Positions 1 through 9,725 of a stretch of DNA of 64,000 bases are shown here, piece by piece. Source of the DNA: Candidatus Poribacteria bacterium. Lineage in GTDB: Bacteria > Poribacteria > WGA-4E > PCPOR2b. A model generated the notes under the pieces. That model was not told the DNA's origin and did not search any database. It saw nothing but the letters and a program-made list of their open reading frames with translations. The translations under genes were made by a program, and so were the position numbers. Position 1 is the stretch's first letter, and each line of letters opens with the position of its first letter. The stretch spans positions 3,424,001-3,488,000 of the forward strand of contig OZ240245.1 of assembly GCA_965198175.1 (NCBI GenBank). The letters are read 5' to 3'.

Positions 1-53
1 CCAAATAGGATAGCAACACTGATATATCCAAAAATGCTAATCGTCGCTTTCAT
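1..53 (-). CDS. 5' end of an exported protein (runs off the window edge)
   Basis: ATG at 53 with AGGAG at 64-68; MKATISIFGYISVAILF looks like a signal peptide. Confidence 0.5.
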   Translation of the reverse strand, partial: MKATISIFGYISVAILF

Positions 54-710
54 TTTCTGTCATCTCCTATGTGTTGGTGCATTTTTTGTTATCTTGTAGA
101 GAACAACTGAAGTTTCTTGACTCTTTCCCAGATGCCTCCTTTGTCCCTCGTGGGTAGGAAGGAGGCGTGGTCAAGTTTTCCTCTGCCCGGATCAGGTTGG
201 GGCTCAACTTACTGGAGACTTCGAAGTGGCTAATTATTCTATCATAGTCTTCCGAAGTCTCACTACTTTTTCAACTGCCTTACTCCCCATATTATACCTC
301 TATTCCGGGCGACCTAGCAACAAAAACTATAGAAACAGACTTGGCAACGACCTTTCGTCAAGCAATCGGTTCTTCATAGATATCTCACCCCCCAGATTTA
401 ACAGATTCATTACCTGCCGATTTAGATGTCCTCAGTCTTGACGTATACGTGCTCTTGTGATAGAATCGCTAGAATATCATTAAGTTCAATAATCGAAATA
501 TCGTAACAATTTTCGACGCAATACGGGCAGAAGTCAAGTAGAATTCGCGACAGCGGTCAACACAAAGACATGGCATGGAGGAATCCGCACAGACACACTA
601 TCATCCAAGTACATCGATCGCGGATTTCGGATTGAGCCGTGAACCGCTTTGAATGGCTTCTATTGCCAAGTTTTTCAGGGTTCATGAGTTTGTGAAAGGA
701 AATATATCGA

Positions 711-1664
711 ATGAAAGTTCTAGTTGATATTAGTGTACACTCCCTAGACGAGGGGACTCGTCACCTCATCTCCGACGCAGCCAGTGATGAAATCGCCGTT
801 GTCTTTCCACGTTCACAAGAGGAAATTATCAGAACTGGTGGAGACGCACAAGTTTATTACGGCTACTGTTGTGAAGAGACGTTCCAATATCTGCCGCGAC
901 TAAAGTGGATTCAGAGCAATAGCGCGGGGATGGACGTTCAGCTGTATCCCGCTCTCAAGAATAGTGACGTAGTCCTGACCAATGTGGCGGGTGTGTATGC
1001 ATCACACGCGGCAGAGCATGCGTTCGCGCTCTTACTCGCTCTCACCCGAGAAATAAAGAGTGCTGCCGTGCATCACATTCAACATGAATGGCGCAGACCA
1101 AAGCAATTGATTGAGATTGGCGGATTAACGCTCGGTATCGTTGGGATGGGCGGATTTGGAATACACATGGCGAAACGCGGTAGAGGTTTTGACATGCGCG
1201 TCATTGCAGTGGATCCGTACCGGATCGATAAGCCGGATCCTGTCGATGAACTGATGCCGATTGATCTGCTTCCGGACCTGATGCGCAGGTCGGATGTGGT
1301 TATGATTGCTTGTCCGCTTACCCAGGAAACTTATCATCTTATCAATGCGGAAAACTTGTCGCTAATGAAGCCGACCGCCTATCTCATCAATGTCGCCCGC
1401 GGCAAGATTGTCGACGAGCGTGCGCTTATTGAGGTTCTCAAGGCAGAGAAGATTGCCGGCGCAGGGTTAGATGTGACGGAAGTTGAGCCGCTGCCAAAAG
1501 ACAGCCCGCTGTGGGATATGCATAGCGTGCTTCTCACACCGCATACAGCCGGCGGGTCGCAGCACCGTTCACGCCGCGCCGCCGAGTTTTTCTGCGAGAA
1601 TCTCAAGCGGTACATTAACGGTGAACCTTTGAAGAATATCGTGGACAAACAGCTCGGGTTTTAG
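711..1664 (+). CDS. D-2-hydroxyacid dehydrogenase family protein
   Basis: GIVGMGGFG Rossmann motif, INVARG, GAGLDV-EPL and TPHTAG catalytic motifs. Confidence 0.92.
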   Translation: MKVLVDISVHSLDEGTRHLISDAASDEIAVVFPRSQEEIIRTGGDAQVYYGYCCEETFQYLPRLKWIQSNSAGMDVQLYPALKNSDVVLTNVAGVYASHAAEHAFALLLALTREIKSAAVHHIQHEWRRPKQLIEIGGLTLGIVGMGGFGIHMAKRGRGFDMRVIAVDPYRIDKPDPVDELMPIDLLPDLMRRSDVVMIACPLTQETYHLINAENLSLMKPTAYLINVARGKIVDERALIEVLKAEKIAGAGLDVTEVEPLPKDSPLWDMHSVLLTPHTAGGSQHRSRRAAEFFCENLKRYINGEPLKNIVDKQLGF

Positions 1665-1734
1665 TACCCCACGGATTTTCTATCGCTATCCAGATGGAAA
1701 GATGCAAGGTCAATCTTTGGGGCGCGCCAACAAA

Positions 1735-2724
1735 CTAAAATTTCACTCTTGGCGCTCTGAATGTGCCGTCGAGAATTTCTTGACGGGTCTCTTTTACTTT
1801 ATCCATCACGGCTTTTGGAATGCGATCTTTCAGCTTCGGGTTGTAAACGAGTTTAACCATCTCATCTTCCGCCATTCCGAGCCGCATTACTTTGGGTTCA
1901 AATTTACCGGTTTTGACTAGATTTGCGACGTGAACAAAAACCTTCGTGTCAATGACAGCGCTTGCGAGAACCGCGTCTGGAGCGACATCGTTCTGATTGC
2001 GGTTAGAGCCGTAAGCGTAAACGTCCTTACCGGTTTTGCGGCTCTCTGCGACAGCGTGGAAAACGCCCTGACCAGCGGCGTCTGCGTTATGGAAGATGAA
2101 GTCTGTGCCTTCTGCAATCTGAGACAGTGCTAACTCCTTGGCTTTGCTGATGTTCTCCCAATCCCCTACATAAGAACGGGAAATTCTGATTTCAGGATTG
2201 ACAGACTTCGCACCTTCCTCGAATGCAAGAAAGGTGCTCTTAATCGGCGGGATATTCATGCCCCCGACGAGACCGATTTTTCCCGTTTGCGTCATCATTC
2301 CGGAAATCATGCCCAAGAGATAGGTCACTTCCTCAAGCTCGAAGACAATTGATGCGACATTCTGCAAAACTGTACTGCCAGAAGTTGTGATAAACACCAC
2401 ATCTGGAAATTCGGGTGAAACCGCTTTCGCCGCTTCCTGATACTCAAATCCGTGTCCAATGACGAGGTTGAACCCCTTTCCGGCGTAAAATCGGAAGTGC
2501 TCCTCCCATTCAGACGGGGTTCTGCTTTCAACATGACTCACTTCAGCGCCGAGCTCTGTTTCAATCTGTTTGAGACCGTCGTATGCGAGCGCATTCCAGC
2601 CCGCATCGCTGATTGATCCTGGAGTGAGCAACGCCACTTTGAATTGGTCGGCAGCCTCACCCCAGCCTGTGAGTGCAATTAGAAAAACTAACAATCCATA
2701 GATGATACCGCTATGTTTGCGCAT
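1735..2724 (-). CDS. BMP family ABC transporter substrate-binding protein (nucleoside-binding type)
   Basis: PGSISDAGWN, IGHGFEY, KIGLVGG motifs; start moved to 2724 (AGGAG RBS, signal peptide). Confidence 0.88.
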   Translation of the reverse strand: MRKHSGIIYGLLVFLIALTGWGEAADQFKVALLTPGSISDAGWNALAYDGLKQIETELGAEVSHVESRTPSEWEEHFRFYAGKGFNLVIGHGFEYQEAAKAVSPEFPDVVFITTSGSTVLQNVASIVFELEEVTYLLGMISGMMTQTGKIGLVGGMNIPPIKSTFLAFEEGAKSVNPEIRISRSYVGDWENISKAKELALSQIAEGTDFIFHNADAAGQGVFHAVAESRKTGKDVYAYGSNRNQNDVAPDAVLASAVIDTKVFVHVANLVKTGKFEPKVMRLGMAEDEMVKLVYNPKLKDRIPKAVMDKVKETRQEILDGTFRAPRVKF

Positions 2725-2968
2725 AAGAACTCCTATTGACAGATAGATTATCGGTATAATGTAACACACGGACTCATTATTTTCAAGAGCTAGACCCCTC
2801 TCAGCGTCGCGAGGAGAGTAGTGAATCATGCAGTTCAAATCGTATCACTTAACAACGGGTAAAGCTATAATAAGACTTGACTTTTTGACGATTTCAGTTT
2901 ACCATACTCAAGTAGAGTTGCCTCACCAACCTGAAAATAGTAACAACTGGCGGTAAAGGAATTCTTGG

Positions 2969-3256
2969 ATGACGCTCGGTAAAGTTGTAGGAACGGTCGT
3001 TGCGACACGAAAAGATGAGAAATTAGTCGGCAGCAAGTTATTGATTGTCCAAGACGCTAGTCTAGAAGGAAATTTACTCAGCCGCTACACCGTGGCTGTT
3101 GATTCTGTTGGCGCAGGCATCGGTGAAACGGTGCTCACCGCATCCGGCAGTTCCGCACGTCAGACGAACCTAACCCAAGACAAACCGGTTGACGCTGTCA
3201 TCATGGCAATTGTGGATACCGTCGAGGTTCACGGCAAGGTTCAATACCGAAAGTAA
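2969..3256 (+). CDS. eutN: Bacterial microcompartment vertex protein, EutN/CcmL family
   Basis: MTLGKVVGTVVATRK...AVDSVGAGIGE...GSSAR...PVDAVIMAIVD signature. Confidence 0.93.
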   Translation: MTLGKVVGTVVATRKDEKLVGSKLLIVQDASLEGNLLSRYTVAVDSVGAGIGETVLTASGSSARQTNLTQDKPVDAVIMAIVDTVEVHGKVQYRK

Positions 3257-3298
3257 ACGGCACCCCCCAATTCCACGATTTTCTCCCCGTCGTTTCAC

Positions 3299-5557
3299 TT
3301 ATTCCTTGTTGTCTAGCTCCGAATTCTGCTGTCCCGCCGGCAATGACAATCGGTACACGCAGTATTGCGGGACCTCGCCGTCAATCACTGCGGGTCCAAA
3401 TCGCTTGATTTCTGTGAGCGTATATCCCGTAGGGAATCGATATACTAAAGGATATGGAACGACGCCAATCAGTTTTCCATCCACATAGAAGCTGTAATTG
3501 TCCTGGCTCTTGACCAGAACAATCTGATACCATCGGTTCATCTCCCCCTGCCGTGGCAATCCAATCCACAACCCCGGTCTGTCGGGCCAGTTGAGGTGAA
3601 ATACAACCTCTCCACCCGTAGACGCCTTGGGTCTATTGATGAGACACCACTTATTCCGTTCGCCGCCACCTTCCGATTTTCCAACTAGTCCGTTGACACC
3701 ATTCGCTCCGAAGCTCGCCCAAAGTGCGATTGTAAAATCTGTGTCATTCAACTCCAGATGCGCATCATTTCCAGCGTCCACCCAAGCGGTTCCATCAAAG
3801 GTGAGAGAGGCGCCGAATTTTCCCTCTCCCCAGTTTGCCCCTCCATTAAGGGCGCCGTGATTTCCATACGGCGAGTGGTCTTTGGTTACCGCTCCCTCGC
3901 CTTCCTCAAACGGCATCGCCAGAATGACCTCCGACCCTGTCGGTGCAAAGGCGGCTACACCTCCCTCATAGTGGGCGTTAATTTCATCCTGAGAGAGAAC
4001 TCGCTTTGCGATAAGGAGTTCATCCACGCTTCCTACGAAATAGTGGGCTCCTTCAGTCCTGCCAATCTCTAAAGGCGCCGAAACTCTTGGAACGCCTCGT
4101 TTCATGCCTTCGGAAAACGGGCGAGCCGAGACGATTAAGATATCTTCCCCTTTTTCATCGGCTAACCGCTGAATTCTCCGCAACACCTCGCCGATATGCA
4201 GACTTCTCCCGTCTCGCCATGCCATGTCCCAGACGCCAAAAGAACCGAATCGATCGCTTCGGGGGTAGAAAAACTCGTCCTTTTCCAAATACCCAAGAAC
4301 TTCCAGTGTCAAATCGTCCGGGGCGGCGCCGGCGATTAACATGACATCCAGTTTCACCTCCTCTTTGATGAATCGAGCAACCGCCTTGCCGTTCGAAAAC
4401 GGATAGTTCAACTCAAGCTTCGCAGCCGTAACTCCACCAACAACATGGATGAGGAGAACGACGACAAACACAATGTTGAACGCCCGCGTCAACCCCCAAC
4501 TGGTTGCCTTCAAAGGTCGGGCGAGCCGCCTCGCTTCATAGCTATTATGAGATATCCATACGGCAGCGATAAACAGCATAAAGAGGAAGCCGTGATGCCG
4601 TACCGACCCGAAATATTTGGTATAAAAGAAAGCCAACAACCCAGTCGTCCCGCAAAGGTACATCAAGAGCACTGTCGGTTTTCTGAGTAGGAGCCCTATG
4701 ACGAAAAGCAAAATGAGTACCGAAAGCACAAGCTTTATCTGAGCAGAATTAGGAATTGGATCCAAAACATTGGTATTCCAAAAGTGCAGCATAGACCGAG
4801 GTATAGCGAAAAAAACTCTGGATATCAAATTGAAGACGTTCTGTAGATGATGCCAGTCGAATGTGGTCGTCCATCCGGGCCGTGTCCCCTGGTCAGCGGC
4901 TGGCGCGATCTGGTAGATGGCGGTGAGAATGCCAGTCAAGATTAGCGCGAAGCCGATTCCCATGTGTGTTCGGCTCGGGCGCTCTGACGTAAGGAGAACT
5001 TCCAAGACTAGTAGCAGCGCGATGGATATGACGATAATCAGTGCGTGAACGCTCGTGTGGGCGAGCACAAAAAGTACCAATCCGACAAGCGGAAACTTTT
5101 GCTTCCAGCGATTGAAAAGCGTGCAAACGAGACACAGCAACAATATGCCGATTGCGTAATTTCTACAGATAATCGCGTACTCATAGAATGGAAAATAGCC
5201 GAACGCAAAGAGCGTCTTTTGCAAGCGCGTGAAGGGAGAGAACCTTGCAAACACGAAGATTGTCGCTGTGGCGATAATAAGATGGTAAGGCTGCATGATA
5301 ATCGGGGAGCTAGTGAAAAACTGAAGCACATATAGCCCGAGGTGCCATACACTGGGATGCCCTTCATATCTCTTTAGAACCTTCAATAGCTCAAAAACAG
5401 AAGGCGCATCCCTGGCAATTAACCACGCCTGCATCTCGTCACGCCACATCTCATGATGCCAAGCGATGACCGCGCCGATAACCAAGAAAACTGTCGAGAG
5501 CGTTATCGCAAATCGATGATCCGAAAATCGAGAGGTTTTTTCCGTTGTCTCAACCAT
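3299..5557 (-). CDS. Multi-pass membrane protein (GT-C glycosyltransferase-like N-terminus) with inserted LamG-like domain, paralog 1
   Basis: HHEMWRDE acidic motif after TM1, EGHP, many TM segments; LamG motifs (PFEEGEG, GKFG-LTFDG, FYVDGK, G--DE) in C-terminal part. Confidence 0.7.
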   Translation of the reverse strand: MVETTEKTSRFSDHRFAITLSTVFLVIGAVIAWHHEMWRDEMQAWLIARDAPSVFELLKVLKRYEGHPSVWHLGLYVLQFFTSSPIIMQPYHLIIATATIFVFARFSPFTRLQKTLFAFGYFPFYEYAIICRNYAIGILLLCLVCTLFNRWKQKFPLVGLVLFVLAHTSVHALIIVISIALLLVLEVLLTSERPSRTHMGIGFALILTGILTAIYQIAPAADQGTRPGWTTTFDWHHLQNVFNLISRVFFAIPRSMLHFWNTNVLDPIPNSAQIKLVLSVLILLFVIGLLLRKPTVLLMYLCGTTGLLAFFYTKYFGSVRHHGFLFMLFIAAVWISHNSYEARRLARPLKATSWGLTRAFNIVFVVVLLIHVVGGVTAAKLELNYPFSNGKAVARFIKEEVKLDVMLIAGAAPDDLTLEVLGYLEKDEFFYPRSDRFGSFGVWDMAWRDGRSLHIGEVLRRIQRLADEKGEDILIVSARPFSEGMKRGVPRVSAPLEIGRTEGAHYFVGSVDELLIAKRVLSQDEINAHYEGGVAAFAPTGSEVILAMPFEEGEGAVTKDHSPYGNHGALNGGANWGEGKFGASLTFDGTAWVDAGNDAHLELNDTDFTIALWASFGANGVNGLVGKSEGGGERNKWCLINRPKASTGGEVVFHLNWPDRPGLWIGLPRQGEMNRWYQIVLVKSQDNYSFYVDGKLIGVVPYPLVYRFPTGYTLTEIKRFGPAVIDGEVPQYCVYRLSLPAGQQNSELDNKE

Positions 5558-5627
5558 AATCCGTCCGTTCAGGAGTGCTTGACTTCTTCCCTGCGTCGCC
5601 TAATGTGTTAAATTGATCAATCATCGC

Positions 5628-5706
5628 AGCGCGTCAGACAAACGCAACCCCCAAGATAAACCGGTTGACGCCGTCGAAGTCCACGGCAAAATTCGATACC
5701 GCAAGC
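5628..5706 (+). pseudogene. Degenerate copy of the eutN 3' end
   Basis: Reads RQTNAT/QDKPVDA-VEVHGKIRYRK versus eutN RQTNLTQDKPVDAVIMAIVDTVEVHGKVQYRK; frameshift plus internal deletion. Confidence 0.8.
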
Positions 5707-5751
5707 AGACGGTTTTGTCCCAATTCCGTAATCCCCTCCCCTCCGATTTAC

Positions 5752-7986
5752 TCATTGACTGATATCCGCATCTCGGTTTCGTTGTCCCGTCGAGAATGGC
5801 ATTCGGTACAAGCAGTAACGCGGTACTTCACCGCCTATCACAGCGGGTCCAAATTGCTTGATTTCCGTGAGCGTATAGCCTACAGGATTTGGAACGGCGC
5901 CAACCATTTTTCCATCTACATAAAAGGTGTAATTGTCTCGGTTTTTGATGAATACGATTTGATACCATCGGTCGGTCTCGCCCCGCCATGGCGATCCAAT
6001 CCAGATTCCCGGCTTGTCTTGCCAATTGAGATGAAGCAATATTTCGTCATGCGCAGAAGTTGCCGGTCTATTTATGAGCATCCATTTGTTCGTTTTACCG
6101 GGACCTTCAGATTTTGCAACAAAACTGACGTGTTGGTCCGCCCCAAAATTCGCCCAAAGTGCGATTGTAAAATCTGTGTCATTGAGTTCGAGATGCTTAT
6201 CATTTCCCGCGTCCACCCAAGCGGTTCCATCAAAGGTTAGGGCGGTGCCAAACTTCCCCTTTTCCCAGTCTGCGCCTTTTAGAGAGCCGTGGTTCCCATA
6301 CGGCGAGTGGTCTTTGGTTACCGCTCCTTCGCCTTCTTCAAATGGCATCGCCAAAATGACTTCCGCCCCTGTGGGTGCAAAGGCGGCTACACCTCCCTCA
6401 TAGTGGGCGTTAATTTCCTCCTGAGAGAAAGCCTTTTTTGCGATAAGGAGTTCGTCCATGAGCCCCTCGAAATAATTGCTTCCTTCAGCCCTGCCAATCT
6501 CCAATGGCGTTGCAACTTTTGGAAAATCCCTTCGCATTTTTTCTGTCAGTGGGCGAGCTGCGACGACCAAGATTTCCTCGCCCCTTTCATCACTTAACCG
6601 CTGAACTTTCCCCAGCACCGTGTCGATAGCCAGACTTCTCCCTCGTCGCCAGTCCATGTCCCAGACACCAAAAGAACCAAATCGATCGCTTCGGGGATAG
6701 TAAAACTGGTCCTTTTCCAGATATCCAAGCACTTCCAATGTCAAATCGTCCGGAGCGGCACCGGCGATTAACATATCATCCAGTTTCGCATCCACGATGA
6801 AGCGGGCAACCGCCTTGCCCTCCGAAAAAGGATGCGCGTACTCCAGTTTTGCCGCCGCGACCCCACCAACGACGTGGATAATGAGAACGAGCGCAAACAC
6901 GACACTGAACGCCCTCGCCAACCCCCAACTAGTTGCCTTCAAAGGTCTGGCGAGCCGCCTAGCTTCATAGCTATTATGAGATATCCATACGGCAGCAACA
7001 AACAGCATAAATAGAAATCCGTGATGCCGTATCGAACCGAAATATTTGGCATAAAAGAAAGCCAACAACCCAATCGTCCCGCAAAGATACATTAGCAGCA
7101 CGGTCGGTTTTCTGAGTAGAAGTATTATGGCGAAAAGCAAGGTGAGAACCGACAGGAAAAGTTTCACTTGGGAAGCTGAGGGAAATCTATCTAGCAAATT
7201 GGAACCCCAAAAGTGGAAGGTAAAAATAGGTATAGGGAAGAAAGCCCTCGGTACAATATTGAGGACGTTCTGTAGATGATGCCAGTCGAATGCGGTCGTC
7301 CATCCGGGCCTCGTCCCTTGGTCAGCCGATGGCGCGATCTGGTAGATAGCGGTGATAATTCCAGTCAAGATCAGCGCGAAGCCGATTCCCATGTGTGTTC
7401 GGCTCGGGCGTTCTGACGTAAGGAGAACTTCCAAGACTAGGAGCAGCCCGATCGACATGACGATAATCAGGGCGTGAACGCTGGTATGCGCGAGTAGGAA
7501 AAGAATCAAGCCAATCAGCGGCAATTTTTGTTTCCAGCGATTGAATAGCGTGCAAAATAGACACAGCAGGAGTATGCCGATCGCGTAATTTCTGCAGATG
7601 ATCGCGTACTCATAGAAGGGAAAATAGCCGAACGCAAAGAGCGTCTTTTGCAAGCGCGTGAAGGGAGAGAACCTCGCAAACACAAAGATTGTCGCTGTGG
7701 CGATAATAAGATGGTAGGGCTGCATGATAATCGGGGAGCTAGTGAAAAACTGAAGCACATATAGCCCAAGGTGCCATACGCTGGGATGCCCTTCATATCT
7801 TTTTAGAATCTTGAAAAGCTCAATCACGGAAGGCGCGTCCCTCGCGATCAGCCACGCCTGCATCTCATCTCTCCACATCTCATGATGCCAAGCGATGACC
7901 GCTCCAAGGACCAAAAAGATTGCCGAGAGCGTTATCGCAAACCGCTGATCCGAAAATCGAGAAGGTTTTTTCGCAGTCTCGTCCAT
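5752..7986 (-). CDS. Multi-pass membrane protein with inserted LamG-like domain, paralog 2
   Basis: Closely similar to 3299..5557 along its whole length. Confidence 0.7.
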   Translation of the reverse strand: MDETAKKPSRFSDQRFAITLSAIFLVLGAVIAWHHEMWRDEMQAWLIARDAPSVIELFKILKRYEGHPSVWHLGLYVLQFFTSSPIIMQPYHLIIATATIFVFARFSPFTRLQKTLFAFGYFPFYEYAIICRNYAIGILLLCLFCTLFNRWKQKLPLIGLILFLLAHTSVHALIIVMSIGLLLVLEVLLTSERPSRTHMGIGFALILTGIITAIYQIAPSADQGTRPGWTTAFDWHHLQNVLNIVPRAFFPIPIFTFHFWGSNLLDRFPSASQVKLFLSVLTLLFAIILLLRKPTVLLMYLCGTIGLLAFFYAKYFGSIRHHGFLFMLFVAAVWISHNSYEARRLARPLKATSWGLARAFSVVFALVLIIHVVGGVAAAKLEYAHPFSEGKAVARFIVDAKLDDMLIAGAAPDDLTLEVLGYLEKDQFYYPRSDRFGSFGVWDMDWRRGRSLAIDTVLGKVQRLSDERGEEILVVAARPLTEKMRRDFPKVATPLEIGRAEGSNYFEGLMDELLIAKKAFSQEEINAHYEGGVAAFAPTGAEVILAMPFEEGEGAVTKDHSPYGNHGSLKGADWEKGKFGTALTFDGTAWVDAGNDKHLELNDTDFTIALWANFGADQHVSFVAKSEGPGKTNKWMLINRPATSAHDEILLHLNWQDKPGIWIGSPWRGETDRWYQIVFIKNRDNYTFYVDGKMVGAVPNPVGYTLTEIKQFGPAVIGGEVPRYCLYRMPFSTGQRNRDADISQ

Positions 7987-8146
7987 TATCTGTCCGTTCT
8001 GAAGCCTTCGTTTTCCTCAGACATTTCAATGCACGCCAAGCCTAAACGGCGTTTAGCCTGCTCAGTGACATTACTGCATATACCTCCGATACCGGAAGAT
8101 GAGTCATTAGTATCAGATTCAAGTGGCTAACTCAAGCGGAAACGCC

Positions 8147-8482
8147 TTACCGTACGCCCAGAGTTTTAAGCGGAATTCGCCTGCGAATGCTGCGCGAGGA
8201 TATCCGTGAGGTCGCTAGACGCTTTCGCACAGCGTCAATGATTACGCTTGGCTCTATCCGCTCGTGCACGTGAAGCGATACGGTCAGAATTTCAAAGGAT
8301 GTCCGTTCCGCCTTACTCGCCCAGACGAGCGTCGGATCAAGGTGCGGATCGTAGGGGTAGGTTTTTTTGCCGGCATCTTGATCTGTCGCCGGAGTAACCA
8401 AACCGACAGGTTGGTTGTTGACCCGCTTCTTGCCCTTGTGCGCGTAGTTCTCAATGTCTCGTTTCGCTGTCTTGCTTGGCAT
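8147..8482 (-). pseudogene. N-terminal fragment of a type III R-M modification methylase (Mod)
   Basis: KKTYPYDPHLDPTLVW-KAERTSFE-TVSLHVHERI resembles the N-terminus of a Mod family; ORF ends before any DPPY or FxGxG motif. Confidence 0.7.
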
Positions 8483-8624
8483 AGTTCATCCTAAACGGAA
8501 ATCAATTCAAGTTAAGTTGTCACGGTCAAAAATGCTGCTCCGACAGAGTCGTGCGAGACCTGCTTAAGCGCGAAGGTGGCTTCGGCTAAGCGTTTGTCGG
8601 TTATGTAATTAATTGTTTTCACTC

Positions 8625-9725
8625 CTAACTCTCGTCGGAATCCGGTATCTCTGGGATAAGATCGACTTCTGCGGGGAAGAGGTCGGCGAGAGAGGAAATA
8701 GTCAGGCTACTTTCAAAAAATTCTCTCGCTCCCTCTGATTTTGCAACGATTTGGTTTACCCCAACCTTCAGTTTATCCGATACGCTCTCCACAGCGAACC
8801 CACTTGAGTCGTCGCTCGGTCCGACAACCGCTAGAAGCTGCCGCTCCTGATTTTGACGGAGAGACTGTTGCAGGATACCGTTTATGTGAGGGTCGTTAAA
8901 GCCGTAACCTATGCAAACAATGAGTCGTGCATCCAGGCTCCATCGTCTCAACTCGTACACGAGAAACAGAAATGGATCGACATATTGTAACTTATAAGAC
9001 GTTCCGAAGATGATAGCCGCCTTTTTATCATCTATGCTGGCAGTAACGTCGAAGTACGTAACCCTATCATCTTCGGTAAAGGCCCAGTCCGTTGATCCAT
9101 GGAGCTTGTAGAGCAGGAAGGGCGACAGATCTTTCGATGTCTCGTCGAACAATCGCCAGTCCCATGACCTTTCGGAGAATCCTCTCTGCACGTTCTCGTA
9201 ACCGCAGATTTTCTCCACGCACAGATCGTAATTCAAAGAGAACACCCGAAGCGGATATCCATACTCGCTTTGAAAGTTTAAAAGACCTTTGTAGTAAGAG
9301 GCAGTTTCCTCTTTCTGTAATGCAACCCAGTTTTTGCGGAGAATCTCTATGATAGCACTACGGAACTTGCGGACATTCTCAAACCCAATACCAGCCACAT
9401 CTTGCAACTTTGGATTCCATGCCCCAACGAATGGATAAAGTACGTGGCGTTCCTTCTTTCGGAGCTCGTCTAGAACATTAACTAGGATTTCGATGTTGTA
9501 CGGGACGTCGTCTCCAAATTTGCCTTCTAATCCAGCAGCGTAGAATATCGAACTCCGGAGATAATAATATAAGTCCCTAAAGTTGCTCCAGTTTGGGTCG
9601 TCCTCGGACACTAGTGCTTCTATCTTGTGAACCATTTCGTTAGAGTCAGGTATACCCGCCTCAACACTGGCGCCAGCACCGAGCAGCAAAATTATCTCAT
9701 TCCTTTTGAAGACAGTCTTCGCCAT
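8625..9725 (-). CDS. SIR2-family (SIR2_2-like) NADase effector
   Basis: LLLGAGAS, FSLNYD, LYKLHGS, IGYGFNDPHIN motifs; ATG at 9725 overlaps the Argonaute stop (TAATG). Confidence 0.88.
   Translation of the reverse strand: MAKTVFKRNEIILLLGAGASVEAGIPDSNEMVHKIEALVSEDDPNWSNFRDLYYYLRSSIFYAAGLEGKFGDDVPYNIEILVNVLDELRKKERHVLYPFVGAWNPKLQDVAGIGFENVRKFRSAIIEILRKNWVALQKEETASYYKGLLNFQSEYGYPLRVFSLNYDLCVEKICGYENVQRGFSERSWDWRLFDETSKDLSPFLLYKLHGSTDWAFTEDDRVTYFDVTASIDDKKAAIIFGTSYKLQYVDPFLFLVYELRRWSLDARLIVCIGYGFNDPHINGILQQSLRQNQERQLLAVVGPSDDSSGFAVESVSDKLKVGVNQIVAKSEGAREFFESSLTISSLADLFPAEVDLIPEIPDSDES

Noticed and set aside
115..215. TPP riboswitch suggested by AACCTGATCCGGG on the minus strand
   Set aside because: The CTGAGA element and the 3' AGGGA consensus are missing; only a generic hairpin is supported.
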